NCBI GenBank assembly: GCA_951406725.2
Contig: OX597827.1
Coordinates: 16,058,001 to 16,122,000 of the forward strand
Source: Octopus vulgaris
Taxonomy: Eukaryota
Length of the DNA stretch: 64,000 nucleotides
Direction: 5' to 3'
A model generated the notes under the pieces. It had not been told where the DNA came from. It did not search any database and saw only the letters and a list, made by a program, of their open reading frames with translations. Shown here piece after piece: positions 1 to 12,645 of this stretch (the first letter of the stretch is position 1; each line of letters opens with the position of its first letter). Both the position numbers and the translations under genes were made by a program.

Positions 1-217
1 CTACCACGTCTATTTTAACTCCTCCTCCTGCTACTACCGCTACTACCACCACGGCTATCAGCACTACGAACGTAGCCACCACGCTTGATTTCTACTACTG
101 CCACTACTACCCACAATCACTATCACTAACACCTCCGAAGCGACTGCCACCACGGTTGTCGTTACTACTGCCACCGCCACTAATACAATCTCAGCAGCTG
201 CTGCTGCTGAACAAGTA

Positions 218-231
218 GTGACGTCACCAAT
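218..231. promoter_or_regulatory. CRE palindrome overlapping a CCAAT box; candidate promoter
   Basis: GTGACGTCAC (218-227) runs into CCAAT (227-231) in CpG-retaining unique sequence, about 470 bp upstream of the candidate first exon. Confidence 0.4.
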
Positions 232-693
232 CTCGCCCGTCCGCTTGCGAGAAAGAAGGGCTTCCCCTTTTTGTCAGAACTGTATCTCTGGACTGGGAGG
301 CGACAGTTGATATATATATATATATATATATCACATCAGCCTATCTATCTATACACATATAGATAGATAGCTACTTGAAACATCTATATGTAATATATAT
401 ATATATATATACATATCTAAAATATATCTATATATATATATATATATATACATAAATCCAGTGGGCACATACACACACACACACTTATAATAGCGAGGAG
501 ATATATTGGCATGTGTGTGTGTGTGTGAGTGTGTGTGTGTACATTTATATATATATATATATCTATCTATCTCTCTGTATACATACACTCTATATAGAGA
601 CACAGAAGTATATATATATCTATACCTATTATACGCTTATATATATTACACAAAAAAGACGGAAAGAGACAGAGTCACACACACACCAAAAAA

Positions 694-774
694 ATGTTGT
701 CGCAGAACTTCGCTGCGGTTGAGAGCAGTATGGAAACTTGCAGTGTTGTGGACGAGCGGAACGAACAGAAAAGA
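694..774 (+). CDS. Candidate first coding exon of an unidentified gene (MLSQNFAAVESSMETCSVVDERNEQKR)
   Basis: ATG with A at -3, 27 non-repetitive codons, then a consensus donor AGA|GTAAGT at 775; non-repetitive island among microsatellites. No homolog recognised. Confidence 0.55.
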
Positions 775-1294
775 GTAAGTATACCATACCAAACCATCTA
801 TAAAATATATATATATATATATACTATAATCCTATGGCATGTACAGCACATCAGATACACACTGATGTACTTGTATACTTGGTCACCAATATATATATAG
901 GTAGGTAGGTGACACAACCTTGTGTAGTAAATCTAATTCTTTCACCCATACAATATATATATATATATATATATATATGTCTTTAACTCTTATATCTTTC
1001 TGAATATATCTACTTATGTATGTCATATATATATACTTTTATACTGCAAAAGGGAATACCTACCGAACATGTATGGAGCAAGAGTAATTTTTGTAATGGT
1101 CCTGTAATAAACCAGTTCATTCTTTTAACTTGAGCATCGTCTCAGTAGAGAAGGATATATATATATATATACATACATACTTACATATACAGACCCGTTC
1201 ACCCACCAATTTGTCCTTGTTTTTACTTAAACACCATCATTTTCGTCCGCTTACATATAGAGATGGGTGTATGAAATATCTTGTACAAGAAAGC

Positions 1295-1297
1295 TAC

Positions 1298-1345
<48 letters not shown>

Positions 1346-1664
1346 ATTCCATGTCTAATACTGTGTAACTAAAGACAAATACCAGTATGTGTGCCGCATT
1401 TTATATATATATATATATATACATATATATTTTCACACACACACACATATATATATATAGGTATTAGTATCGTAGAGTGGTCCCATAGTACCATATATAT
1501 ATATATGTATACACACATACATATATATATGTATACACACATATATATATACATACACACACACACATATATATATACACACATACATACATATATGTAT
1601 ACACACATACATACATATATGTATACACACATACATATATGTATACACACATACATATATATAC

Positions 1665-1696
<32 letters not shown>

Positions 1697-1788
1697 GCAC
1701 ACATATATATATACATACATATATATATACATACACACACATATATATACATACACACACACACACACACATATATACATACACATAT

Positions 1789-1825
<37 letters not shown>
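1295..1825. repeat. Compound (TA)n/(CA)n/(TACA)n microsatellite tract
   Basis: Directly visible; source of the YIYI/HTHT ORFs. Confidence 0.95.
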
Positions 1826-4051
1826 AAGCCTAGCCTGTCTTTTTCCAGCCCATTCTACTGTGTCTCAATGCTGGAAAAGTGATTCTTGTTTTTTTTTTTT
1901 TTTTTGAAGTGTTCGGTCAGTTTTTTCTCAAGGTAGTATAAAGAAATGGCAAAAAAAAAAAGCTGTGTGTGTAAAGTGTCTATATAGACTTAAAATAAGT
2001 GTACAAACTGTTGTAACTGTTAGTGGTTGCTCCTGTTTTACACACAAGACTATGCACTAATTTACATACGTGCACCCATATATCTCTCACTCTTAGTATG
2101 AAATGTGTGAATTTGGGTGGTTGGTCGTGTTTGAAATTTATGGTAGCGAACACTTTTCTTGGACACTGTAAACCGGAACATGTATATAAGCTTGTGTGGG
2201 TTATGTTGTATGTATATATATATATATATATAAATATATATATCTCAAATAGTACACCCTTTTCTGTTCTGGACTGCTTAGTCACCAGAGGACTGGAATT
2301 AGTAATTTTTTACATGGTGGTCGCTCCCTCAAGTCACACCATTGTGTGTCTTATAATCAGTCAGGTTTTTTTTCTTTTCCTTGCCTTACTAATTGCTATA
2401 GTCATTCGTCCTTTCCACTCTAGCCTTTTGACCCTCTCCTATCTTGTCCTAAACACGGATTTCCGTATCTCCGGGCTGAGATTCCTTGTGTGTGTGTGTG
2501 TGTGTATGTATGTGAATAACCTCTGCCATAATTGATTTTTTTTTTGGTTACTGAGTATATATATGTAGCTGTGTATATACATGCTTCCTTATATTTCCTT
2601 GATAGATATGAAACGGCTTGACCTCCTTCGTGTATCTATGTATACACACGAATATGGCATTGGTTATTGCATGTGTGGATTTGATCAAGCGATTTTGGGC
2701 GAATCGCGTATATGATACCCGTGTTCTGTCATGTCTATGCGTCACTTAAGGGTGCAATAAACGTGTGTATATATATCTGGTGGACACACCTTTCTGCTTA
2801 TTCAGTAATGTAAAGGCATACACCACGGCTATCAACGATGGAAAGACGGTCGCTCAGCGTGTTAGTCAACCGAAATAACAGCTAAATCCCTTTCAAATAA
2901 TACCCCCACTGTCTTTAAAAAGAACAAAAGGAAAAATTGATGTGGTCCTCGTTGGACTGTCTCTGAAAAAAAAAAAGGACAGACAGACCCACACAGATTG
3001 AATTCCGTTGATTGGGTTTCTATCCCGTAGCGAATAATATTCGTATTTTTTTTTCCCCCAGTCCTTGCTGAACGAAAATGGTTTGTTAGTATGTATATAT
3101 GGACATGGCTATCCACCAATGTCTGTACATCGATTGCCCCTGAGTTGTATGTATGTATGTATGTGTGTGGTTTTGGGCCATTGAACCGTAAGTCCGACCA
3201 CACACACACTTAGATCCTGGACATTTAAGTGTGGTGTGGTGTCTAATGTGTATCTGTGAGTAATCAATAAAAGGCAATCAGGACTAATGTCCAACAGTTA
3301 CGCACACAAACTTGACCACCTTTATCAGTTTTTACGTTTTGCATGTACGAACTTGTATACCTTACACATATACAAAACATACCCAATTATGTATAAATAG
3401 ATAGATAAATAAATAAATGAATTACCCCCCTATCTTGTATAAAACCTACCTACCTACCTACCTACCTATTTAGTTTCATAACCTGTCTCCCCCTCTACGC
3501 AATTGTGAGTGTATATATTTATACACATATACGATTTAATTATGTATTTAAGAATGGAAGATCTTTTTTTTTTTGTCAGACGTCATCAGATTAGTTTGTT
3601 GTTTATCTGCACTGATAAGATTTTTCTTTTATCTAATTACAACCATGGACAAAATCCCCCCATACTTTAGTTTTTAATGTGTTTTTTTCCTCAAATTTCT
3701 TGAACACCTACACAAATGATTTTCTTTCCCTCCCTCTCTCTCCATATATATATATATACATACATACATATATATATATATATACATATATGTGTGTGTG
3801 TATACTCATACGCACATCAGCATCTTTGTAATACCTTTCTTTGATATACATTATTGGTGTCCCATCGATGCCGTTCTCTCTCTTTTTTTTGGCACTCACA
3901 CAAGTGCTGCCACGAAATGAGGGGCTCGTTTGTTACAAAGAAGCATTCGGTAGTCTTCCCCCTTTTTGTGGCCACGATACTATACTCCCGCTTTTATTCC
4001 GTACCTCATCACACAATACTACCTACTCACCAATTTCAAGAATGCACACAC

Positions 4052-4093
<42 letters not shown>

Positions 4094-5675
4094 ACATATA
4101 TATCATGATATATATATGATGTGTGTGTGTTTGCCTTCGCTATTACGAAATAATATTCTCTCTATTCTCTCTACATGTTTTCCATACGGAAGTGTAAGTT
4201 TCAATTCCGGTTAAAAGGTTAGAATGATGAATTGGCACGGAGAAGTGTGACTATTTCATCGGTAGATATCGATGAGGCGGTTTGTTAAAGGACTGATCTG
4301 ATTGAGATTCTTCAGTGTCTGCTTCAGCTTCAAAACCATCTCCTTCCCCGCTTAGTCCCGAGATCAAACTAATCTTTATCCATTTCGGCATTGGCTGATA
4401 AACGAAGTACCAGTTATATACTGGTGAATCGATTTCATTTGGGTTATACTCACCAATTATCTAAAGGGATTGAGATAGAGTTGCCAAAAAAAAAGACGAA
4501 ACCTTAGGCCGGCGACTATTTCATTCGTGTCCTGATCGCAGGCCTGTTTCCTCCCAAAATGAGTTCTTATTCTAACCGTAGTCCTTATCTTTTGTGTATT
4601 TTCTTTTTATTGGGTTTTAAAAAAATAAATGCTGATAAAATACCAGAAGCGTCTTAAAACGAGACGAGATCTCCGCCCCGTTGTTGTATTGTATGTTCAA
4701 TGAAAATCTTCGCATGGACAGCTTTGTCTTGTAGAATGGGAAGTTGACGAGTGGCTTTGTGAAAATCTTTTCCGTATGAATAATACTATTACGAGTTGTA
4801 CACTTTCAGTCTCTCTACATATTGTGCATCGAACACTCTTATAAATATATATATGAGAGAGAGAGACACACACACATTGAGAAGACATTTACGTTTGAAT
4901 AAAAGCATTTCGGTATTTGTCTCGTTCATGTAAGGAATTGTTGCTTAGGCCCAGATCAACCCCCGAGGAGCATACTTAGGCTTTAAGGACATTCTAACCA
5001 TCACCATTCGATTTTGTATATCAGAAACTGTTCAGTCTACTCCGTTTTTATTGAAAGCGTCAGTAAGGAATTTGAAGGCGATTTGGTTGCTGTTTCTAGC
5101 CTGTTGAGTGATTGCATAGACGCTTTTTTGTTGGTTGCTTGACCAGCAAGAAAAGTTGTCCAAATGTCCTTTTCTTTGTATAATGTTGACCTAGATATAC
5201 TGTACTCGAAAAAAAAAAAAAAAAAAGGATTGTATACATACATATATACTTTCAGTGGTGGTGCCCCAGCATGGCCGCGGCTTTCGGGCTAAAACATTTT
5301 AAAGGATTTTAAGGATACTATTTGGTTCACCGGATTAAGCTGACCTAGGGTTAAATAGGAATGAAATTTCCACTCAAGTGTTTAATGTTTATTTGCATTG
5401 AAGGTAGATCACCTTGTGTTGATAGTTGCACTGGTATGAGGTGTGATGTGAAGGGGGCCATAAGTACTGGGTGACAAATGGCGTTCTGTATTGAGTGTGC
5501 AGAAGAAGTTCCAGGAAGAGATGAGGTTAGATACCAAGATGTTTAAGCCCCCTTGATGAGGTGACACAGGATTAAGGCAAGTAGTGATGTTGTTGTTATT
5601 GCAGGCCCATTCAACTTGTTTCAGTGTAGGAAAGCAAATGTTTGAAATAAGTAATGGTTATAATTTTTGGATTCG

Positions 5676-5987
5676 TCATCATCATCATCATCGTTTAACG
5701 TCCGTTCTCCATGCTAGCATGGGTTGGACGGTTTGACCGGGGATCTGGGAAACCAGAAGGCTGCACCAGGATCTGGTCTTATCTGGCAATGTTTCTACAG
5801 CTGGATGCCCTTCCTAACGCCAACCACTCCGTGAGTGTAGTGGGTGCTTTTTACGTGCCACCTGCACTGGAGCCAGGCGAGGCTGGCATCGACCACGGTC
5901 GGATTGGTGCATTTTACGTGCCACCGGCACAGAAGCCAGTCGAGGCGGCACTGGGTTCGGCCACGATTCGGATGGTACTTTTTACAC
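5676..5987 (-). mobile_element. RTE-related non-autonomous retroposon/SINE (family D)
   Basis: Tail CATGCTAGCATGGA..CGGACGTTAAACGATGATGATG, motif GGCGTTAGGAAGGGCATCCAGCTGTA, internal GGTGGCACGTAAAAAGCACC subrepeats; multi-copy in window. Confidence 0.75.
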
Positions 5988-6260
5988 GGATTGTTAACTT
6001 CAATTTCAGAGATAGGTATTTTTTTTTTTTTTTTGCAATATTTCACATCAAACATTTCATCACCTGGTGACAATTGGAGATGAAAGCAGTGTTGTAAATA
6101 TCTTAAAATTAGCTATTGGCAAAATAAAGCATCAATGCCATTTGAAAGGCTGCATTGCTTTGAGTAGCAAATATTTTAGCAAAAGATTTCACTTCTTGAT
6201 GGGATGAAATACTTAAATGATTGCTGTTAATAAGATCATATATTTTCACATTAACCTCTT

Positions 6261-6573
6261 GTGGAGGTACATGGCCTAGTGGTTAGAACTGCAGACTCGC
6301 GGTTGAGGGATTGCGGGTTCGAATCTTGGACCGGACGATGTGTGTGTTTATGAGCGAAAACACCTAAGCTCCACGCGGCTCCGGCAGAAGGTAATGGCGA
6401 AACTTCTGCTGACTCTTTCGCCACAACTTTCTCTCACTCTTTCCTCCTGCATCTTGCAGCTCACCTGCGACGGACCGGCGTCCCGTCCAGGTGGGGAACC
6501 TATACGCCAAGAAACCGGGAAACCGGCCCTTATGAGCCAGGCATAGCTCAAGAAAGAACAAACAAACAAAACA
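6261..6573 (+). mobile_element. tRNA-derived SINE (family C)
   Basis: A box TGGCCTAGTGG, B box GGTTCGAATC, (AAAC)n tail, 13-bp TSD ACATTAACCTCTT; further copies at 20337 and 51970. Confidence 0.9.
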
Positions 6574-7667
6574 ACATTAACCTCTTCTCTTTAGAGATGT
6601 AATTTTTTTTAATATTCACATTTGATTTGCTCTCTGTAAGCCATTGTGTAGTTATTATTACTTGATGTGTATGTAGTACACATCAAGTAATAACATTATT
6701 CAAACTAGAAACCTTTATTTCTAAACTATTTGCAATAATGCTTTTATCTATTGGACGCACACACAAAGCTAATAAACCATGTCTATTGGATATTTGTTTG
6801 AAACCTGTTGAAATGCAGTCTTATTACACAAATGTATGTTTTATATACATATATTTTAAAGGTTTGAACCACATGAATCCAAGGGAATACTGACCTGATC
6901 TTCCTCTTTCTTGTGCCATGCCTATGGGTCATGGACCTCCATGCCAAAGCTTGAAGATGCATTTTTTTTTTACCGTAGTAATTTCTCATTGCCTTCTGTT
7001 GGTTTATTTACAGTTCACACCATTCATCTGCTGCTCTCTCCAGTTTATCCTTGGCACACAGGATCTATTTAACTTACAGGCAGGAGGACTGCTGGTTCAC
7101 TTGATGCCAGGGCATTTCCACACACAGACGGGCCTCTGTGACACATGTCTGGAGGCCATTCCTCCTTTGAGTCTTGTATTGCCTTACCTACAGGACCATC
7201 TGCTATTTGATCCATAACTGGGACCCTTTATATACTACCACCTCAGGACTGAGTGAAACCCGGAGTAGTGGTGGCTAGGAGGTAACTCCACACGCCCGAG
7301 CTGGAGCCTCTCTACAGGATGCAGTTCAATGTCTTATCTAGGATTTTCTATCTTCAGATAACCATTCCTCTAACTGTTCTTTTAAAGAGTTACTCGTATG
7401 GTCATATCGTAACCCTGACCATGCAAGGGAAATGGCTATTTAGGTCTTTCCGAGAGAAAGACCTTGTTACATGCTATAATCTAAAAAGTATCTTTTTTAT
7501 TTTTTGTCAATGCCCTTCTCAGGTTATCCTGGTTCGCCCCTTCCTTTTAAAAAGACCCAGGTATTGCTGTTTTTCTCAAGTTGTCAAGAGGCCTGTTTTT
7601 CTTTTTAATGGTTAAGCAGAAATCTAACATGAATACTTACAACAGTCTGAACCCTGTAAACAGTACT

Positions 7668-8068
7668 CAGGAGTGGCTGTGTGGTAAGTAGCTTGCTAAC
7701 CAACCACATGGTTCCGGGTTCAGTCCCACTGCGTGGCATCTTGGGCAAGTGTCTTTTGCTATAGCCCCAGGCCGACCAATGCCTTGTGAGTGGATTTGGT
7801 AGACGGAAACTGAAAGAAGCTTGTCGTATATATGAATATATATGTGTGTGTATATGTTTGTGTGTCTGTGTTTGTCCCCCAAGCATTGCTTGACAACCGA
7901 TGCTGGTGTGTTTACGTCCCCGTCACTTAGCGGTTCGGCAAAAGAGGCCGCTAGAATAAGTACTGGGCTTACAAAGAATAAGTCCCCGGGTCGATTTGCT
8001 CGACTAAAGGTGGTGCTCCAGCATGGCCGCAGTCAAATGACTGAGACAAGTAAAAGAAAGAAAGAAAA
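7668..8068 (+). mobile_element. tRNA-derived SINE (family A, about 390 bp, internal TA/TG microsatellite)
   Basis: Head GGAGTGGCTGTGTGGTAAG..GGTTCAGTCCC, CORE-like CTTGGGCAAGTGTCTT, tail CAGCATGGCCGCAGTC..AAGTAAAAGA; many copies in window. Confidence 0.9.
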
Positions 8069-8379
8069 CACCGAGTGGCTTTTGTTTAACTGGCATTGTA
8101 GTTAGATAACTTTTTAAAGACATTCTTCGTGAAAGTCATTTGACATGACTCAACATTTAGTTCAGATCCTTGTAAAACTTAAATCCACACCCTTCTTTTC
8201 TTACTTCTAAAGTTACTTCTGTCTTAACACTTCAGGCTAATGAAATGCTCATCAGTTCTTTTGATACTGCTGCTCACAGTCCTGGGTGGAGTTGAACTGG
8301 CAGCACTTACCACTGTCGGGTGGATGGATTTCATTTATTTATTCTTTTCGTCAGTAGTATTAGTGTCAATGACCTTTGC

Positions 8380-8600
8380 AGATCCTTCCAGACTGCCAAG
8401 TTTGTTGTGTTTGATAAGTCAGTTTAGACATCCACAGAAAGGGAATTCCAAATTGTTGCAGTTCCGGCACTGAAGGAACAGGGTGCATTTTGCTAACAGG
8501 GTTGACAAGAGAAATGGTGAGTGCACATTGGTGTGGTGGGTTGGCAGCCATTTACTAGCTAACTCCTGACTGACCCTTCTTCTTAGCAGCCAGTCGTTAA
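8380..8600 (-). mobile_element. Highly degraded CR1/L2-type LINE 3' remnant
   Basis: Minus-strand translation gives ..TATIWNSLSVDV.., resembling the LINE ORF2 C-terminal WNxLP motif; many stops. Confidence 0.3.
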
Positions 8601-8780
8601 AAGATTTTTTCTCTGACCACAGTGTCTAGTTTAACACCCAGCTGGACCTTGAGTGTGTTTAGCAGGGTTCACTCTGTTGCAAGCATTCAGACTTAGTGAA
8701 GAAACTTCATAAGTATGAGCTAACAGTTGTTTCGGTTAGTGAACTTTTGTTGAACAGCTCGACCCTTTGAGATAGTTTAA

Positions 8781-8992
8781 CCCTTTAGCATTCAAACTGG
8801 CCATATCCAGCCAAAAGTATTCTGCCTGTTTTATGGCCAGATCTGGTCTCTCACACCAACCCTACAATATCGTTTTAAAAATTAACAGCTATCTCATCAA
8901 AATCTCATAGCTACAAGATAATGCATGATTAGTTCAAAACAATTTGGATAAAAAAGCATTAATTTTAGCAGAATAATGCGAACATGAAAGGG
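8781..8992. mobile_element. piggyBac-like MITE
   Basis: TTAA|CCCTTT...AAAGGG|TTAA termini; related copies at 9226 and 61389. Confidence 0.7.
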
Positions 8993-9225
8993 TTAAGGTG
9001 TGTGACAACAAAGCTGTCCTAGTTATTGGTAATATTCCATTGTGGATTTTATTTGAACTTTGCAGAGTCAGCAACTGATCAGGGCTGAAAGATTTTTTGT
9101 CTTATTTAGCTGTGGAGAGGAAATGTAGTTTTGGGCAATTGTGTGTATAAGAGAATGTCATAGATTGCAACATGTAATATTTGTGGCAACTCCAAGGGCT
9201 TTGTGTTGGGTTATTTGATATTTAA

Positions 9226-9424
9226 CCAGTTAGCATTCAGATTGCTCTTTCAAACATAATGCCTATTTATTCACATTATCTTGACTTAATCATGCAATGT
9301 CTTATAAGCTTTGAGATTTCAGTGTTTTTTGATGGCTTAGTTTTAGAATATAGGGTAAATACGAGAGGCTAGATCTGGCTCCTTTGAATGTAAAATATTT
9401 GGACCTGGTTTAAGTGCTAAAGGG
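9226..9424. mobile_element. piggyBac-like MITE (diverged, inverted relative to 8781)
   Basis: TTAA|CCAGTTAGCATT...TGCTAAAGGG|TTAA. Confidence 0.6.
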
Positions 9425-9668
9425 TTAAGTGTCTTGGTCATGAACACAGTAGATATGAATCACTTGGTTTGTTCTATATTCTATCAACTAAGCTGTTCTC
9501 TCTCTCATACAAATATGCACACAAATGAGCACTAATGTTAGATTTTAATGTGCTAAAGTACTTGACTCTTGTGAGTCGAGATTGTGATGCATATCAATAG
9601 TTGACTTGGCCACTAATTCTGTACCAAGTTATCACATATGTAACTGAAGGGATATCCATGAATATCAA

Positions 9669-9862
9669 TTACTCTTTTACTTGTTTCAGTGATTTGACTG
9701 TGGTCATGCTGGAGCACCGCCTTTAGTCGAGCAAATCGACCCCAGTATTTATTCTTTGTAAGCCTAGTACTTATTCTATTGGTCTCTTTTGCCGAACTGC
9801 TAAGTTACGGAGATGTAAACACACCAGCATCAGTTGTCAAGTGATGTTGGGGGGACAAACAT

Positions 9863-9895
<33 letters not shown>

Positions 9896-10066
9896 CACAT
9901 ATATACAACGGGCTTCTTTCAGTTTCCGTCTACCAAATCCACTCACAAGGCTTTGGTCGGCCTGTGGCTATAGTAGAAGACACTTGTCCAAGGTGCCACG
10001 CAGTGGGACTGAACCCGGAACCATGTTGTTGGTAAGCAAGCTTCTTACCACACAGCCACTCCTACG
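9669..10066 (-). mobile_element. SINE family A
   Basis: Reverse complement of the family A consensus, full length. Confidence 0.9.
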
Positions 10067-10308
10067 ACAATCTCCATAGTGTCCACTAGGGAGCACAGAT
10101 CTGTTTAGATGCTAATGTGAAATCATGGTGTAGAATAGTTTGCCTAGTTTAATCTAAACATAATTTTACTTCTGATACAAGTAACTGGGGTGCTTGTGTT
10201 CCAAGTGAAATGGATCTAAGAAGTATGAGATGTTGTGAATGATGTTTTTTTTCCCGCTGCCTGTTTGCCTGCTGGTCAATCTCTCTAGCTGTTGTTTCTA
10301 TTATTACT

Positions 10309-10540
10309 TATTTCTTTACTGCCCACAAGGGGCTAAATAGAGAAGGAACAAACAAGGACAAAGAGATTAAGTCGATTACATAGACCCCCAGTGCGTAACT
10401 GGTACTTAATTTATCGACCCCAAAAGGATGAAAGGCAAAGTTGACCTCGGCGGAATTTGATCTCAGAACGTAACGGCAGGCGAAATACTGCTAAGCATTT
10501 CACCCGGTGTGCTATCGATTCTGCCAGCTCGCCACCTTAT
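10309..10540 (-). mobile_element. tRNA-derived SINE (family B, about 230 bp)
   Basis: Matches the 15380 copy; 14-bp TSD TTTCTATTATTACT. Confidence 0.88.
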
Positions 10541-10804
10541 TTCTATTATTACTGCTACCAATAACACCACTGTTGCTTTCAATTTTTAGCACTTATAGCC
10601 TGATTGTTGCACCTAGTTGTTTCGATCAACTCTCTCCATACGACTGGCTTGCTTGACCAGACCAGCCTTGGGTTTCACAACTATCACTATTGCTACTCTA
10701 TCATCTCTACTGCCAACAACAGCAGCGGCAGAGGGAAGTTCTATGTGGTTAGTCAGGCTGTTAAGAAATAGCAGCAAAATCTTCAAATAACACCCTAGTC
10801 TTAC

Positions 10805-11052
10805 GTGCTGGTGGCACGTAAAAAGCACCATCCGATCGTGGCCGTTTGCTAGCCTCCCCTGGCACCTGTGCCGGTGGCACATAAAAAGCACCCACTACAC
10901 TCACGGAGTGGTTGGCGTTAGGAAGGGCATCCAGCTGTAGAAACACTGCCAGATCAGACTGGAGCCTGGTGCAGCCTTCTGGCTTCCCAGACCCCAGTTG
11001 AACCGTCCAACCCATGCTAGCATGGAAAGCGGACGTTAAACGATGATGATGA
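10805..11052 (+). mobile_element. Family D retroposon, 5'-truncated
   Basis: Same motifs and (GAT)n tail as the 5676 copy. Confidence 0.75.
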
Positions 11053-11431
11053 AACAGGATAGTCATGGCTATAAAAAATGATAGTAGGAATGTCTTTGTA
11101 AGTTTTCTCTACCAGAGCAGATGTATGGGATTAAACAACTCTGTAACAGCAACCCTATGATGTCAGGTGTTCAGACATCAGCTCTGCACTGGTAATTGAT
11201 CTCAGTGAACTGATCTTGTATCCAAAATGTTACATATGCAGCTGGCTCTCTTCTCATTGTCTCATAACTTAAAGTAGAAATGGATGCTAGGAATAAGAAA
11301 ATGCAAACAGGATGAAGTTCTTTCATTTGGTTTACTTGTTTCAAGTAAAGCATACTCTGAGACTATAATGTGCATATAGTTTGTAGGTTTTGTATGGTAT
11401 ATTTGTGATGTGTGTGTGTATATATATATAT

Positions 11432-11616
11432 AACGGGAAGCTTTATGAAAATAGACAAAAGACGAAGGCAGGTGGAATACAAACAAACAATTGTATTAGT
11501 ATGGCGCTCAGGAAATATAAATAAAACAAGTCTTTTATGTTTCGAGCCTACGCTCTTCAACAGAAAGATACACAGAAAAGAAACACAGAAAGAAACAAGG
11601 AGAGAAAAAAAAATGC
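11432..11616 (-). mobile_element. Short Penelope-like terminal-repeat element with hammerhead-like motif, in a (TA)n tract
   Basis: Reverse complement of the 54318 and 58598 elements; flanked by TA repeats. Confidence 0.6.
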
Positions 11617-11623
11617 ATATATA

Positions 11624-11935
11624 GTGGAAGCGTCATCCAACCAAAATGCAAATATATGGGAAACTACCACCTGTGTCATCTCTTGTGAAAGGTAGGAGAG
11701 TCCAGTTTGCTGGACATTGGTTGTAGAGCTGAAAATGAGGCAATTTCTACTCTTCTCCTCTGGAAGCCATCTACTCACAATACTAGAGGGCGCACACTCT
11801 CCTACCCTGATGTAATCTCCAGGGATATAGGCATCTAGCAACAGGACCTCCGTAATGCTATGATGGACCGTGAAGTCTGGCGTAACATGGTAAATTCCAT
11901 TGTCTCGACCACGGTCGAACAATGATGATGATGAT
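11624..11935 (+). mobile_element. RTE-clade LINE 3' end
   Basis: Encodes ..HPTKMQIYGKLPPVSSLVKGRRVQFAGH..DREVWRNMVNSIVSTTVEQ*, (GAT)n tail; four copies in window. Confidence 0.85.
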
Positions 11936-11959
11936 ATATATATATATATATATATATAT

Positions 11960-12304
11960 TATCATCGTTTAACGTCCGCTTTCCATGCTAGCATGGGTTG
12001 GACGATTTTGACTGAGGGATGGCGAACCAGATGGCTGCACCAGTCTCCAATCTTGATCTGGCAGAGTTTCTACAACTGGATGCCCTTCCTAACGCCAACC
12101 ACTCCGAGAGTGTAGTGGGTGCTTTTTACGTGCCACTGGCACGGGGGCCTGTCAGGCGGTACTGGCAATGACCTCGCTCGGATCTTTTTACATGTCACCG
12201 GCACAGGTGCCAGTGAAGTGATGTTGGTAACGATCACGCTTGAATGGTGCCCTTTTACGTGCCACGGGTACGGAAGCCAGTTGGCTGCTCTGGCCACGAT
12301 CACG
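11960..12304 (-). mobile_element. Family D retroposon
   Basis: Homologous to the 5676 and 14584 copies. Confidence 0.75.
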
Positions 12305-12340
<36 letters not shown>

Positions 12341-12645
12341 ATATATGATAAAGGACTTTCTTCCATGCTAGCATGGGTTGGTTGGGAAGTTATTTGAGGC
12401 AGGATGCTCTTCGTATCACCAACTTTTTACCTATTTTTTTAGCAGATGGATATTTTCATTTGAAAGCACAAAGTAATCGGTTATAATGTTAAGAATGTAA
12501 ACATTATCACTGATTTGTTCAAGTGGCAAATATGGGTGTCCACATTTGTGCACATATATACACACATACATGTATTTATGTGTGAGTTTCCTATACTTTC
12601 CATCTACCAAATTCTCTCTCAAAGTATTGGTTGGCCTTAGGCTAT

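Noticed and set aside
1-310. Thr/Ala-rich mucin-like reading frame
   Set aside because: The Thr-rich register shifts frame at least twice; it looks like degenerate trinucleotide low-complexity sequence rather than a CDS
1369-1882. Long ORFs rich in Y/I/H/T/C/V here and at 40808-41593, 42115-42724, 43261-44295 and 46621-47492
   Set aside because: They are translations of TA/CA/TG microsatellites, open in several frames at once
6261-6335. tRNA genes at SINE heads (also 16670, 20337 and 25571)
   Set aside because: They have A and B boxes but no intact cloverleaf acceptor stem, and continue into SINE bodies
7605-8105. Recurrent ORFs such as RASFSFRLPNPLTR... that resemble a gene family
   Set aside because: They are chance frames in SINE family A copies
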